64,000 bases of DNA from a candidate division FCPU426 bacterium (GCA_963840035.1 CAWIXE010000003.1:192001-256000), one strand, 5' to 3'; positions 29,218-38,728 are shown, counted from the first letter of the stretch. Made by a program: numbers and translations. Notes: generated by a model from the letters alone, not told the origin.

Positions 29218-30591
29218 ATGGCTAAAACATGGGAAGGCAGATTCAAGAAAAAACTGGACGCGGACGCGGACCTCTTTAACGCTTCCATTTCATTTGATAA
29301 GAGGCTTTTTAAGTGCGACGTAAAGGCGGGCCTTGCCCACGCTAAGGCATTAAGCAAAGCCGGGATAATCTCGGCCAAAGAGGCGAAATCCATAACATCC
29401 GGCTTAAAAAAGCTCCTGAAAAAAGAGGCCGTAATTGATTTTTCGGCGTATGAGGATGTTCACTCGGCGGTGGAAACAGAGCTGTCAAAAATAATCGGTG
29501 AAGCCGGCAAGAAACTCCACACGGGCCGTTCGCGCAACGACCTTGTGGCTACTGATACCAGGATGTACATCATGGGCGAGATTAAGGAAGTAAAAGACCT
29601 GGTCAAAAATCTCATGACGGTTATTGTAAATAAAGCGCAGGACAGCGCCGGCATATTCATGCCGGGATATACGCACATGCAGCACGCGCAGGTAATTTCA
29701 GCCGGGCACTGGCTGCTGGCTTACGCCTCCATGCTAAAGCGCGACTGGGACCTTTTTGACTTCGCGGGCAAGCGCGCCGACAGGCTGACCATAGGAAGCG
29801 GGGCGCTGGCCGGCTCAAACTATAAGATAGACCGCGCATTGCTGGCAAGGCAAGCCGGGTTCACAAACGTGGCGGAAAATTCCATAGACGCCGTATCAGA
29901 CAGGGATTTTGTCCTGGATTTTCTTTACGCGTCGTCTGTAACGGCGGCCCACCTTTCGCGCCTTGCCGAGGAAATAATCATTTATAATTCCAACGAGTTC
30001 TCGTTTATCGAGATAGACGACACGTTTGCCACGGGTTCCTCCATCATGCCGCAAAAGAAGAACCCTGACATAGCTGAGCTTATCCGCGGTAAAGCGGGCA
30101 AGTTCTTCGGAGGCCTCATGGCCGGGCTTACCATGATAAAGGGCCTTCCGCTGGCCTATAATAAGGACATGCAGGAAGACAAGGTACTGCTTTTTAAGCG
30201 CCTTGATGAGATAAAGGAGATACTTTTCATCACCGCGAAATTTTTAAAAAACATAAGCTTTAAAGAGGAAAACCTGGCAAAGCAGCTTCAGGATTCCTTC
30301 ATGTATGCCGTGGACATAGCGGACTACCTGGCGAAAAAAGGCGTTCCTTTCCGCGACAGCCATAAGATAACGGGGCAGATGGTTTCATACGCCATAGAGA
30401 GTTCAAAGCCTTTCGCTAATTTCGAGGAATTTGAGCTGAAAAAATTCTCCGACAAGTTCGGGGATGATTATTATGAGATGTTTGACCCGGTGAAATCAAC
30501 AAATTCAAAATTAACGTCAGGTTCCACTTCGGCGGCGTCCATAAAGGCGCAGATTACCGCGATGAAGAAATTTTTAAAAACAGGCAAATAA
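29218..30591 (+). CDS. argH: Argininosuccinate lyase
   Basis: W.GRF, LHTGRSRND, GSSIMPQKKNPD, LPLAYNKDMQEDK. Confidence 0.97.
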   Translation: MAKTWEGRFKKKLDADADLFNASISFDKRLFKCDVKAGLAHAKALSKAGIISAKEAKSITSGLKKLLKKEAVIDFSAYEDVHSAVETELSKIIGEAGKKLHTGRSRNDLVATDTRMYIMGEIKEVKDLVKNLMTVIVNKAQDSAGIFMPGYTHMQHAQVISAGHWLLAYASMLKRDWDLFDFAGKRADRLTIGSGALAGSNYKIDRALLARQAGFTNVAENSIDAVSDRDFVLDFLYASSVTAAHLSRLAEEIIIYNSNEFSFIEIDDTFATGSSIMPQKKNPDIAELIRGKAGKFFGGLMAGLTMIKGLPLAYNKDMQEDKVLLFKRLDEIKEILFITAKFLKNISFKEENLAKQLQDSFMYAVDIADYLAKKGVPFRDSHKITGQMVSYAIESSKPFANFEEFELKKFSDKFGDDYYEMFDPVKSTNSKLTSGSTSAASIKAQITAMKKFLKTGK

Positions 30592-30596
30592 ACGAC

Positions 30597-30713
30597 GGCA
30601 GCCGCAACCTTGAGGTTGCGCAACGCAGGTCTTCCGAGCCCGCGACGAGAACAGTATAAGCGGCCTTGAGTTCTAAGGCCGGGCGAGCCACCGGCTCGCC
30701 CCTACGAAGGCAA
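30597..30713. repeat. REP-like cluster: GCAGCCGCAACCTTGAGGTTGCG plus inverted GTAGGGGCGAGCCGGTGGCTCGCCC
   Basis: 30680-30713 is identical over 34 bp to 44107-44140; 30597-30620 is related to 48662-48685. Confidence 0.8.
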
Positions 30714-30743
30714 AAAATACAAATACAATTACAAAGGAATAAC

Positions 30744-31211
30744 ATGAAAGCCGAACATCACATAGCATTATCCGCGCCTGTGGCAGCCGGCGTCTGGTTT
30801 GCCACCCACAGCTGGTTTTACACTGTCATGGCGTTCCTCCTTGGTTTCCTGGTGGATGTGGACCATGTATTTGATTACATCAGGGAAGAGGGGAAATTTG
30901 ACTGGGACCATATGTTCAAAAAATCCTACGACGGCGACTTTAAAAAACTGTACGTTATTTTTCACGCCTATGAGTACATCCCCCTGGCATGGATTGCCGG
31001 ATTTTTAATGAACAACTGGACATTTCCGGCTGTCTTTACCGCGGCTTATCTGACCCATATGATACCCGACCAGCTTATGAATAACGTAAAGCCCCTGGGG
31101 TATTTCATGACATACAGGATAATCAAGAAGTTTTACTGGAAGGAACTGTTTTATAAAAAAAGGCCGTATGGCACAAAAAATAGCACGGCGAAACGGGGTA
31201 AAAAGAGATGA
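30744..31211 (+). CDS. Membrane protein, putative metal-dependent hydrolase (YdjM-like)
   Basis: H-H, DVDH, FHAYE, THMIPD motifs with TM helices; start after AAGGA. Confidence 0.6.
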   Translation: MKAEHHIALSAPVAAGVWFATHSWFYTVMAFLLGFLVDVDHVFDYIREEGKFDWDHMFKKSYDGDFKKLYVIFHAYEYIPLAWIAGFLMNNWTFPAVFTAAYLTHMIPDQLMNNVKPLGYFMTYRIIKKFYWKELFYKKRPYGTKNSTAKRGKKR

Positions 31212-32483
31212 ACATTTTTTACAAGATATTCATAATGATATTTTTAAACGGAGCGGGCACCGCGTTGTCCCAGGTTGTCCTATACAGGGAGATTTCATAC
31301 CAGACAATGCCGGGGATTATAGCTATGGCCGCCTCTGCCGCGGGATGGCTCGCAGGCATATTGCTGGGCTATTACCTTTTAAACTCCAGGCAAATAGAAA
31401 AAGCCACGCCCGCAAAACTTGAAATATTATTCGGAATGTCAATGGTGGCTTTGGCGTTCTTAACGCCGGCGCTTATGTTCGCGGTGCGTTATTTCAAGCC
31501 TGTAATGAAGCTTGCTGCGGACACACCTGCGCCATACTGGGCGCAGTGGCTGCCTGCCAATAATTGTGTTTTCACTGGTCTCATTAACGGCAACGGCGGG
31601 TTTTTTAGCGGCGCTTGAAACTTTAAAAAGGCAGCGCGCGGGAGTGAAATCAAGGGAACCTTATATATTCCTGGCGGCAGGCGTAATAATGGCCGCGTTT
31701 TTCTATTCGGTTTTCCTTGAGGCAAAGTACCAGAACATTGACGTGATTTATACCCTGGGCATCTTGGAACTTGCAATGGTTTACCTTCTCTTCAGGGGAA
31801 AGACCATGGAGGCGAGGTTTACCATGCTGGCGGTAATTGTTGCCGCCATAATTTATTTCGGGTTCAATGTCGGCGGGTTTAAGGAAAAGGTGGATACAGC
31901 ATCCAAAAGGGCTTCATTCTCCGGATTTACCATAATCGCGGACAGGGAATACGCCACAATAAGGTTTACCATGGCTAAAAAAGATGATGCCTATTATATC
32001 TTTGAAAACGGTCTTGTATCCTATAAAATACCGGATGAAAAATACGCGAAACTCGCCTATATGTATGAGGGCGGAAAAATCCTTGTAATCAACGGCGGAT
32101 TAGCAGGTATGGTGGAAGAGCTCACAAAGTTAAAGGCAATTAAGGAAATTGTGTCGGTGGAGACAGACCCTTTTACCGCGTTCATAATGGAAAAGACATT
32201 TAAGCCGTCAGAAGTGAAAGGCGTTGATGTTAAGTATTTGTCAATCGGAGGCTTTGAGCCCGCGGGAAAAGATTTCACCACGGTTTTCCTTAATTACAGG
32301 GAATTAAGTTCGGGCAGTTATGACGCTAAGTACTTCGCGAAGATTAAGGCCATGCTTAAAACCGGAGGGATGCTCGTTATTTCGCATCCGGAAGGGCGCG
32401 GAACCGGAATTGCAGCTGCGTTAAAAAGTGATTTTACAGCCATTGTTGAATTACCGGGCGTAATCACGGCAAGGGCAAAATGA
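31208..32483 (+). pseudogene. Membrane protein with C-terminal spermidine-synthase/SAM-MTase-like domain, split by a frameshift near 31551-31558
   Basis: ORFs 31208-31618 and 31512-32483 join if one TGCC of TGCCTGCC is removed; SQVVLYRE, ILVINGG and VETDP motifs. Confidence 0.6.
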
Positions 32484-33223
32484 GCAGGAAGTTTGACAAG
32501 CTTAACGCCATAATGAAGCGCCTTCGCTCAAAAAAAGGCTGCCCCTGGGACAAAAAACAAACCCACAAGACCCTCACACCTTACATCATTGAAGAAGCCT
32601 ATGAAGTCATTGAAGCCATAAATAACAACGATGATAAAGCGCTGCGCGAGGAATTAGGCGACCTGCTTTTGCAGGTGGTATTCCAGGCCGAGATAGCGCG
32701 CGGCAATAAAAAATTTACAATTGACGATGTGATTGAAGGGATTAACACGAAGCTCACCGTAAGGCATCCCCACGTATTCGGCAGCCGCACTGATATCACA
32801 AAATCGGCCCATGTTATGGCTTTCTGGGAAAAATATAAAAAGGAAACGAAGAAAAGGGACTCGGTTATTGACGGCGTACCCGCGGCCATGCCCGCGCTGC
32901 TGCGCGGCAGACGGATTGTGTCCAAGGCCCAGACAACCGGGTTTAAGTGGAAAACAAACGCAGGAGTGCTGGCAAAGGTGGATGAGGAACTCCTCGAGCT
33001 TAAAGCAGCCCTCAAAACAGGGAAGAAAAAACACGCCGAGGAAGAGATAGGGGACCTGATATTTACCCTGATATCGCTGGCATACAACAATAAAATCAAC
33101 CCGGAAGACGCCCTTCAAATGGCAAATAACAAGTTTATTAAAAGATTTAAAAAGATTGAAAAGCACCTGAAACCAGGTATGAACGAAAAGGATATGCTTG
33201 ACCTCTGGAAAAAATCAAAATAA
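32480..33223 (+). CDS. mazG: Nucleoside triphosphate pyrophosphohydrolase MazG
   Basis: LRSKKGCPWD, IEEAYEV, EELGDLL, RHPHVF, EEEIGDL. Confidence 0.95.
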   Translation: MSRKFDKLNAIMKRLRSKKGCPWDKKQTHKTLTPYIIEEAYEVIEAINNNDDKALREELGDLLLQVVFQAEIARGNKKFTIDDVIEGINTKLTVRHPHVFGSRTDITKSAHVMAFWEKYKKETKKRDSVIDGVPAAMPALLRGRRIVSKAQTTGFKWKTNAGVLAKVDEELLELKAALKTGKKKHAEEEIGDLIFTLISLAYNNKINPEDALQMANNKFIKRFKKIEKHLKPGMNEKDMLDLWKKSK

Positions 33224-33253
33224 ATAAGAATGTGACCGGCTGTATTTTGCCGC

Positions 33254-33282
33254 TTGACAATACAAGATATATATTGTATTGT
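33254..33282 (+). promoter_or_regulatory. TA promoter with overlapping palindromic operator
   Basis: TTGACA-N17-TATTGT; inverted repeat ACAATACAA-N8-TTGTATTGT at 33257-33282. Confidence 0.7.
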
Positions 33283-33310
33283 TATGTTAAGAAAATATAG
33301 AGGGGTTAGC

Positions 33311-33661
33311 ATGACAGGGGAAAAGTATATTTATAATATAGGTTATTACAGGTCCGGGGGCAGGTGCCCTGTAGACAGTTTTATTGAGTCCAAAAACCCT
33401 GCGGGGAGGGCCAAGATAAACTTTTGTTTTGACCTTTTGAAGGAAAAAGGCCCTGAGCTAAAGAGGCCATATGCCGCGTACTTAACTGATAAGATATGGG
33501 AGATAAGGCCGGGCATAAATACGGAAGAGTACAGGCTTTTTTATTTTTGGTACGGGAAAAAAGCTGTTTTTGTCCACGCGGTTGATAAAAAGGATTTTAA
33601 ACAGTCTGATATAGCGACAGCCGCCCGCAGGATGAAGGAATTACTTCCATATTTGAAGTAA
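33311..33661 (+). CDS. Type II toxin, RelE/HigB (Gp49/DUF891-like)
   Basis: GRCPVDSFI, GP.LKRPY, IWEIR, YRLFY, FVHA; toxin-first order. Confidence 0.85.
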   Translation: MTGEKYIYNIGYYRSGGRCPVDSFIESKNPAGRAKINFCFDLLKEKGPELKRPYAAYLTDKIWEIRPGINTEEYRLFYFWYGKKAVFVHAVDKKDFKQSDIATAARRMKELLPYLK

Positions 33662-33672
33662 AAGGAGATACC

Positions 33673-33975
33673 ATGAAAAAGAAAACAATACCATCTGTTG
33701 ATTTTGAACTGCCAAAAAAAAGAAAGGCCGGTTATGAGAAAGATCCGGCCTATACAAAGGCCTATAATGCCGAAAAATTCATGTTTTCAGTGGCGGAAAA
33801 TCTGCAGGAGGAACGACTGAAACACCACTTCACACAGAAAGAACTGGCTCATAAATCAGGGCTAAAACAGCAGGAAATATCAAGGCTGGAAAAAGGCGAT
33901 GCAAACGCTACATTAAAAACCCTGTATAAAATCGCGCAGGGAATGGGAAAAAAATTAGTCATTAAGATATCATGA
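33673..33975 (+). CDS. XRE-family HTH antitoxin (HigA-like)
   Basis: TQKELAHKSGLKQQEISRLEKG..NATLKTL. Confidence 0.87.
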   Translation: MKKKTIPSVDFELPKKRKAGYEKDPAYTKAYNAEKFMFSVAENLQEERLKHHFTQKELAHKSGLKQQEISRLEKGDANATLKTLYKIAQGMGKKLVIKIS

Positions 33976-34021
33976 AATTCAGTTTCTTGAACTTATAGAA
34001 AAATTCGGGTCAAAAAAGGCG

Positions 34022-35499
34022 GTGTTTGTGGCAGATTTAGCCGGTAACGTACACAGGCAGATATTAAAAGATATTGCGCATAGGGTCATGCTGGAGCGCG
34101 GTATGTTAGCGGATTTCAGCGAAGAAGCCGAAAACCAGGCTGACGCGGTATTTTCCGCCGAGGTAGTGATGAAGGAAGGCATAAAGGATTTAACGGCAAT
34201 GCAATGGTGTTCCATAGATAATGACGATTCTGAGGATCTGGACCAGCTAACCACGGCCGTAGCTGACGGCAAAGGCGGCACAAAGGTATTTATCGCCGTG
34301 GCTGATGTGGATTCATGCGTGGCTAAAAATTCCCCCATTGATATGCATGCCGCGGCAAACACCCTTTCGGTTTATACTCCCGCGGAAATATTCCCCATGC
34401 TTCCCATGAAACTTTCAACGGATATTACTTCGCTGAGATTAAACGCCGTACGGCAGGCCGTAATCATAGAAATGACGGTTGATAAGGAAGGTCTTGTTGT
34501 TTCAGGGGATGTTTACAGCGCTTATGTCAAAAATATGGCAAAGCTGGCTTATAACAGCACTGCTGCCTGGCTTGAAAACAGCGGGCCTGAGCCTGACGCG
34601 CTAAGTACGGTGAAAGGGCTTGCTGAAAACATAAGGCTTCAGGATGGCGTGGCGCAGAAAATGCGGGGCTTAAGGTACAAAAACGGCGCGCTTAATTTTG
34701 AATCCACTGAAACGCACGCGGTATTTACCGGCGGAAAAGTTTCAGGGCTGGAAGCGGACAGGAAAAACAGGGCAAAAGAATTAATAGAAGATTTTATGAT
34801 AGCCGCGAACACTGTAACAGCCGGATTTTTAGAGTCGAGAAGATACCCGTCGATAAGGCGCGTGGTGCATACGCCAAAAAGGTGGGACAGGATCGTTGAA
34901 CTGGCAAAGGCAAAAGGTTTTGACCTCCCGGCAGTGCCCGACCCCAAACCGCTGGAAAAATTCCTGGAAGCCCAGAAACTGGCCGACCCGCTGCGTTTCC
35001 CCGATGTTTCCTTAAGCGTAATAAAACTGCTAGGCCCCGGTGAATACTCGCTTGAGCTTCCGGGCGCTTCAGCCGAAGGCCATTTCGGGCTTGCGGTAAA
35101 GGACTACACGCACTCTACCGCGCCCAACAGGCGATTTGCCGACCTTATAACACACAGGCTGTTAAAGGCCGCGATGACAGGAGCGGCCGCGCCATACGCG
35201 GACGCAGAGCTTGACGCGCTGGCAAAGCACTGCACGCAGAAGGAAAACGACGCGAAAAAAGTGGAAAGGCAGGACTGGCCAAATCAGCCGCGGCGCTATT
35301 GCTTGAGGATAAAATAGGCGCTGAGTTTGAAGGTATCATAACCGGCGCGTCTGAAAAAGGGACGTGGGCCAGGATATTTAACCCTCCCGTTGAAGGCAGG
35401 CTTGCCGGAAACCTTAAGGGAATAGACGTGGGTGACAGAGTGAAGGTTAAGCTGGTCAGCACGGATGTACAGAAAGGATTTATAGATTTTATAATATAA
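34022..35499 (+). pseudogene. RNB-domain ribonuclease (RNase II/R family) with a frameshift before the C-terminal S1 domain
   Basis: SIDNDDSEDLDQ, LIEDFMIAAN, HFGL...YTHSTAPNRRFADL; frame changes at 35273-35280 to KSAAALLLE...VKVKL..D..KGFIDF. Confidence 0.8.
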
Positions 35500-35533
35500 A
35501 ATGTTTATGCCGATAAGTTCTTAATGTGTGGTT

Positions 35534-35611
35534 GTGGCAGGCACGGGCAAAATTTTTCCATGGATTGCGCAGTAGCGCAGGCCATGGAAAAATTTCACCC
35601 GCGCCTGCCAC
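35534..35611. repeat. Long imperfect hairpin (78 nt)
   Basis: gtggcaggc..aaatttttccatgg..tgcgc agta gcgca..ccatggaaaaattt..gcctgccac. Confidence 0.8.
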
Positions 35612-35777
35612 GAGAATAATAAGATAGATTTATTGTATTCCCGTTCCCTTGTATCCTAAATCACACTCTTCTTGTGACATTTAACACAGCATCTTAACAA
35701 ATATGAAGTATACTTATAGTAGGAAGAGAAAGAAGAGGCCGGCGGGTAATGAGACCGGATGAGGCAAGGAGGGTGTC

Positions 35778-36230
35778 ATGAACAGGCTAATCTCGGCAAC
35801 AATCGCGGTGGTTACGGTACTGCTGGCGGTATTTACTTTTTCCCTTTCACTTTCCCCGGACTGGTCTGTCCAGCGCAGGGTGTTTATTAACGCAAAGCCG
35901 CATATGGTTGAGAAATATGTCAATAACACGGCAGCCTGGAAGAACTGGAATCTTTGGGCGGATAAGACAGGCGTAAGTGAAGTAAAAATGGCCAGGACAG
36001 GCGATGGGACTTATGAGTATTTGATCACTTCAAAAGAAACTGGCCTGACGCAAAAATCCACGGTCATTGTCACAGGAGCTGAATTCGGGGCTTATGTCAT
36101 CGAAAGGGTGGAAGGTACATCCAAAAGCAGCCCTCTGACCAGGTACCTTTTGCTGCTTCACAATAATGTCTTTGGCGAGGAGCTGGCTTCTGATTTAACA
36201 GGGTTGAAGAGGGCGGTTGAACGGAAGTAA
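35778..36230 (+). CDS. SRPBCC/polyketide-cyclase-like membrane-anchored protein
   Basis: N-terminal TM, V.RRVFINA.P, W..WN.W, L.GLKRAVE. Confidence 0.7.
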   Translation: MNRLISATIAVVTVLLAVFTFSLSLSPDWSVQRRVFINAKPHMVEKYVNNTAAWKNWNLWADKTGVSEVKMARTGDGTYEYLITSKETGLTQKSTVIVTGAEFGAYVIERVEGTSKSSPLTRYLLLLHNNVFGEELASDLTGLKRAVERK

Positions 36231-36273
36231 AGGTCTAAAGTAATAATTACGAATTACCAATTACTAATTAGTT

Positions 36274-37347
36274 CGGTTCTAACATTTAACGCAACACTTT
36301 GATAGGATTATACTTTCAAAGGAGGCGTTAATAATCAATGAAGAATCCGAACTACAAGAGGTTAAGTTTCGAAGAACGGGAAGAAATTAGCAGGTATTTA
36401 GCAAGTGGTCTAAAAGCTGGCCGAATAGCAATGTTGATAGGTAGAAATAGAAGCACCATAACGAGAGAAATAAGAAAGGGTTTTAAAACAAATACATATC
36501 GCGCGGTACAGGCGAATAATAGAGCCAAAAGAAACGCCAAAAGGCGAAGGTTCGGAAAACGTAAGATAGATAAGTGTAAAAGATTAAAAAGGTTCATTGA
36601 AAAGCATCTCTGGTTAAAGTGGTCACCGGAACAGATTGCAGAAAAATTGAAAATAGAGTATCCTACGGACATGGACATGAGAATATCACCCGAGAGTATT
36701 TATGCATATTTGTATGTGAAGCCCAAAAGCCACTTGAAAAGAGAGCTGCTAAAGCAGTTTCGGCAAAAGCATTCCAGGCGGTTTAAAAGGAATGCCAGAA
36801 TGACCGGAATTGCAAAGGATTTAGAAGATATAACAAGCATAGATGAACGGCCTGCGGAAGTTGAAACACGAGAGATTCCCGGACACTGGGAAGGCGACTT
36901 AATGATTGGCAGACTTCGGCAGTCAGCCATCGGAACGCTTGTTGAAAGAAAAACAAGGTATTTACGGATTGTCCGGTTAAAAAACAGGACGGCAAAAGAA
37001 GTCAAGAAACAATTTGAAGCTACGTTTAAGAAACACCCTAAACAACTTAGATTGAGCATGACATATGACCAAGGCAGAGAAATGGCGGATCATAAAGCTC
37101 TAAGTAAGGCGTTAAATATTAAGATATATTTTGCGCACAAGAGAAGCCCGTGGGAACGTGGAACAAATGAAAACACAAATGGGTTAATACGGCAGTTTTT
37201 CCCTAAAGGCACAGACTTCAATAAGATAAGTTTAAAAGAACTCAGGTATGCAGAAAGACTGTTAAATCAAAGACCCAGAAAAACTTTGGGCTGGAAAACA
37301 CCCGAAGAGGCGTTTTATCAAGATGTTGCGTTAAATACTTGAAACCA
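36274..37347 (+). mobile_element. IS30-family insertion sequence (distinct from the first)
   Basis: Imperfect TIRs with core atttaacgcaaca / tgttgcgttaaat; AGTT at 36270-36273 and 37348-37351 is a candidate target duplication. Confidence 0.88.
36338..37342 (+). CDS. IS30-family transposase
   Basis: STITREI, WSPEQIA, PGHWEGD, TYDQGREMA, SPWERGTNENTNGLIRQFFPKG. Confidence 0.96.
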   Translation: MKNPNYKRLSFEEREEISRYLASGLKAGRIAMLIGRNRSTITREIRKGFKTNTYRAVQANNRAKRNAKRRRFGKRKIDKCKRLKRFIEKHLWLKWSPEQIAEKLKIEYPTDMDMRISPESIYAYLYVKPKSHLKRELLKQFRQKHSRRFKRNARMTGIAKDLEDITSIDERPAEVETREIPGHWEGDLMIGRLRQSAIGTLVERKTRYLRIVRLKNRTAKEVKKQFEATFKKHPKQLRLSMTYDQGREMADHKALSKALNIKIYFAHKRSPWERGTNENTNGLIRQFFPKGTDFNKISLKELRYAERLLNQRPRKTLGWKTPEEAFYQDVALNT

Positions 37348-37399
37348 AGTTACTAATAAAGGTTTTTTATTGGTAACTTAGTAATTTGTAATTGGTAAT

Positions 37400-38026
37400 T
37401 TAGTATGTAATAAGTGGCGTTTGTTTTATGAAAGTCCTTGAAGCTGCCTGGTCCAGGATGAAGTGGGCGCAGTCGGCGCGGGAGATGTATCCGCATTTTA
37501 CCCCTGTTAAGTCTGTCAATGCCCTGTACTTCTGCGTAAGCGGGCCGTTTGTCAGGAATCCCGGCCTGACTATTATCCAGTTTATGGCGCTCTTTTTTAT
37601 AATGGCTTCCATCCTATCCTTGTCTTCGTAAACTTTTTTTAGAAGCATGGGGTTTATGACCCTGTCATAAAATATGCCGCCATGGCCTTTTGAGTCGCCT
37701 GCGCCTATCCCTGAAACAGCTATAAAAACTTTTACATTATTCTTCTGGACCGCGTCTATTATGTTTGCCGCGGAGAGCGAGAATGAATTAACTTCATTGC
37801 CTGTGGGAGGAATGCCCATGGCGTTTATGACAGCGTCAATACCCCTGGAAGCTTCCGTCACATCAGAAGGGTTAAGGGCGTCGCCTTTGTAAAAGGTGAG
37901 GCCGTTGCCGGTGAGTCCGGTCTTTTCAGGGTTCCTTGAAAGAAGACGCACGGTATGGCCAATTTCCAAGGACTGTTTTATAACCTGGCCGCCAATACCG
38001 CGCGAGCCGATGACTAATAGGTTCAT
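37400..38026 (-). CDS. NAD(P)H-binding oxidoreductase (flavin reductase/BVR-B-like SDR)
   Basis: GSRGIG, GDAL, W.IVRPG.L, ISRAD.A. Confidence 0.85.
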   Translation of the reverse strand: MNLLVIGSRGIGGQVIKQSLEIGHTVRLLSRNPEKTGLTGNGLTFYKGDALNPSDVTEASRGIDAVINAMGIPPTGNEVNSFSLSAANIIDAVQKNNVKVFIAVSGIGAGDSKGHGGIFYDRVINPMLLKKVYEDKDRMEAIIKKSAINWIIVRPGFLTNGPLTQKYRALTDLTGVKCGYISRADCAHFILDQAASRTFIKQTPLITY

Positions 38027-38257
38027 GTGTACTCCTTTAAAATTTTAAAAGTAATACCTTGGATTAATGATACATTGGCGTAAAGCATAAGTCAAATAAA
38101 AGAACGTGAAGGCGCATTATGGGCGCCGGTGTTTTTGACAATCGAGAATCGAAAATTGGCCGTCGGCATTCGTCTTCGGGTGGGCAGAGTCTTTTTGAGC
38201 GGTTGATAGGTGGACATAATGAAGGTGAAACTATGTCAAAATTTTCCTGGAAAATTT

Positions 38258-38347
38258 TGGCGGAGAAGGAGGGATTCGAACCCTCGGGCCTCTTGCGAGA
38301 CCAACTGATTAGCAGTCAGCTGCCATCGGCCACTCGGCCACCTCTCC
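38258..38347 (-). tRNA. tRNA-Ser(GCT)
   Basis: GGAGAGG acceptor, anticodon arm GCTGA-CT-GCT-AA-TCAGT, long variable arm, GGTTCGAATCC, encoded CCA. Confidence 0.95.
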
Positions 38348-38368
38348 GTTGCGAAGCTAAAGCGGGCA

Positions 38369-38478
38369 ACAGTTCGACTGCTCGGCTGCTCGAATGCCCG
38401 CGTTGTTCAATTTTTTCTATGAGTGCCTTATAAATCAAAGTACAGATCTCGAGCATTCGAATAGCCGAACAGCCGACC
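38369..38478. repeat. Intergenic 8-nt-period inverted repeat ([C/T]TCG[A/G][C/A]TG family)
   Basis: ttcgactg ctcggctg ctcgaatg ... cattcgaa tagccgaa cagccga, between the two tRNAs. Confidence 0.8.
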
Positions 38479-38520
38479 GCATCCTGCCGGATGCTCTGCC
38501 AAAATTTTCTTTGAAAATTT

Positions 38521-38606
38521 TGGCGGAGGGCGAGGGACTCGAACCCCCAAGGGATCTCTCCCGTCAGATTTCAAGTCTGATGCATTACCAATTATACTAG
38601 CCCTCC
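38521..38606 (-). tRNA. tRNA-Ser(TGA)
   Basis: GGAGGGC acceptor, TCAGA-CT-TGA-AA-TCTGA, long variable arm, GGTTCGAGTCC, encoded CCA. Confidence 0.95.
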
Positions 38607-38618
38607 GCTTTAAGAGCG

Positions 38619-38728
38619 ATTTTAAATTTTAGATTTTATATTTTAGATTTAAGGAGCGCGATGCGCTTATATGATAAAAGTGCCACAGCACACCTTAAAT
38701 CTAAAATTTAAAATATAAAATCTAAAAT
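38619..38728. repeat. Intergenic 7-nt-period inverted repeat (ATTTTA[A/G/T] family)
   Basis: Arms 38619-38654 and 38693-38728. Confidence 0.9.

Larger units (their letters stand above)
36245..37401. repeat. AATTAC[N] heptamer palindrome interrupted by IS30
   Basis: Left arm 36245-36273 continues at 37348; inverted arm ggtaacttagtaatttgtaattggtaatt ends at about 37400. Confidence 0.8.

Noticed and set aside
33240..38260. tRNA-anchored genomic island (TA pair, IS30, pseudogene next to the tRNA-Ser 3' end)
   Set aside because: No integrase, and I found no duplicated tRNA 3' end.
38119..38600. ORFs 38119-38433 and 38394-38600
   Set aside because: They are antisense to tRNA genes and repeats; spurious.
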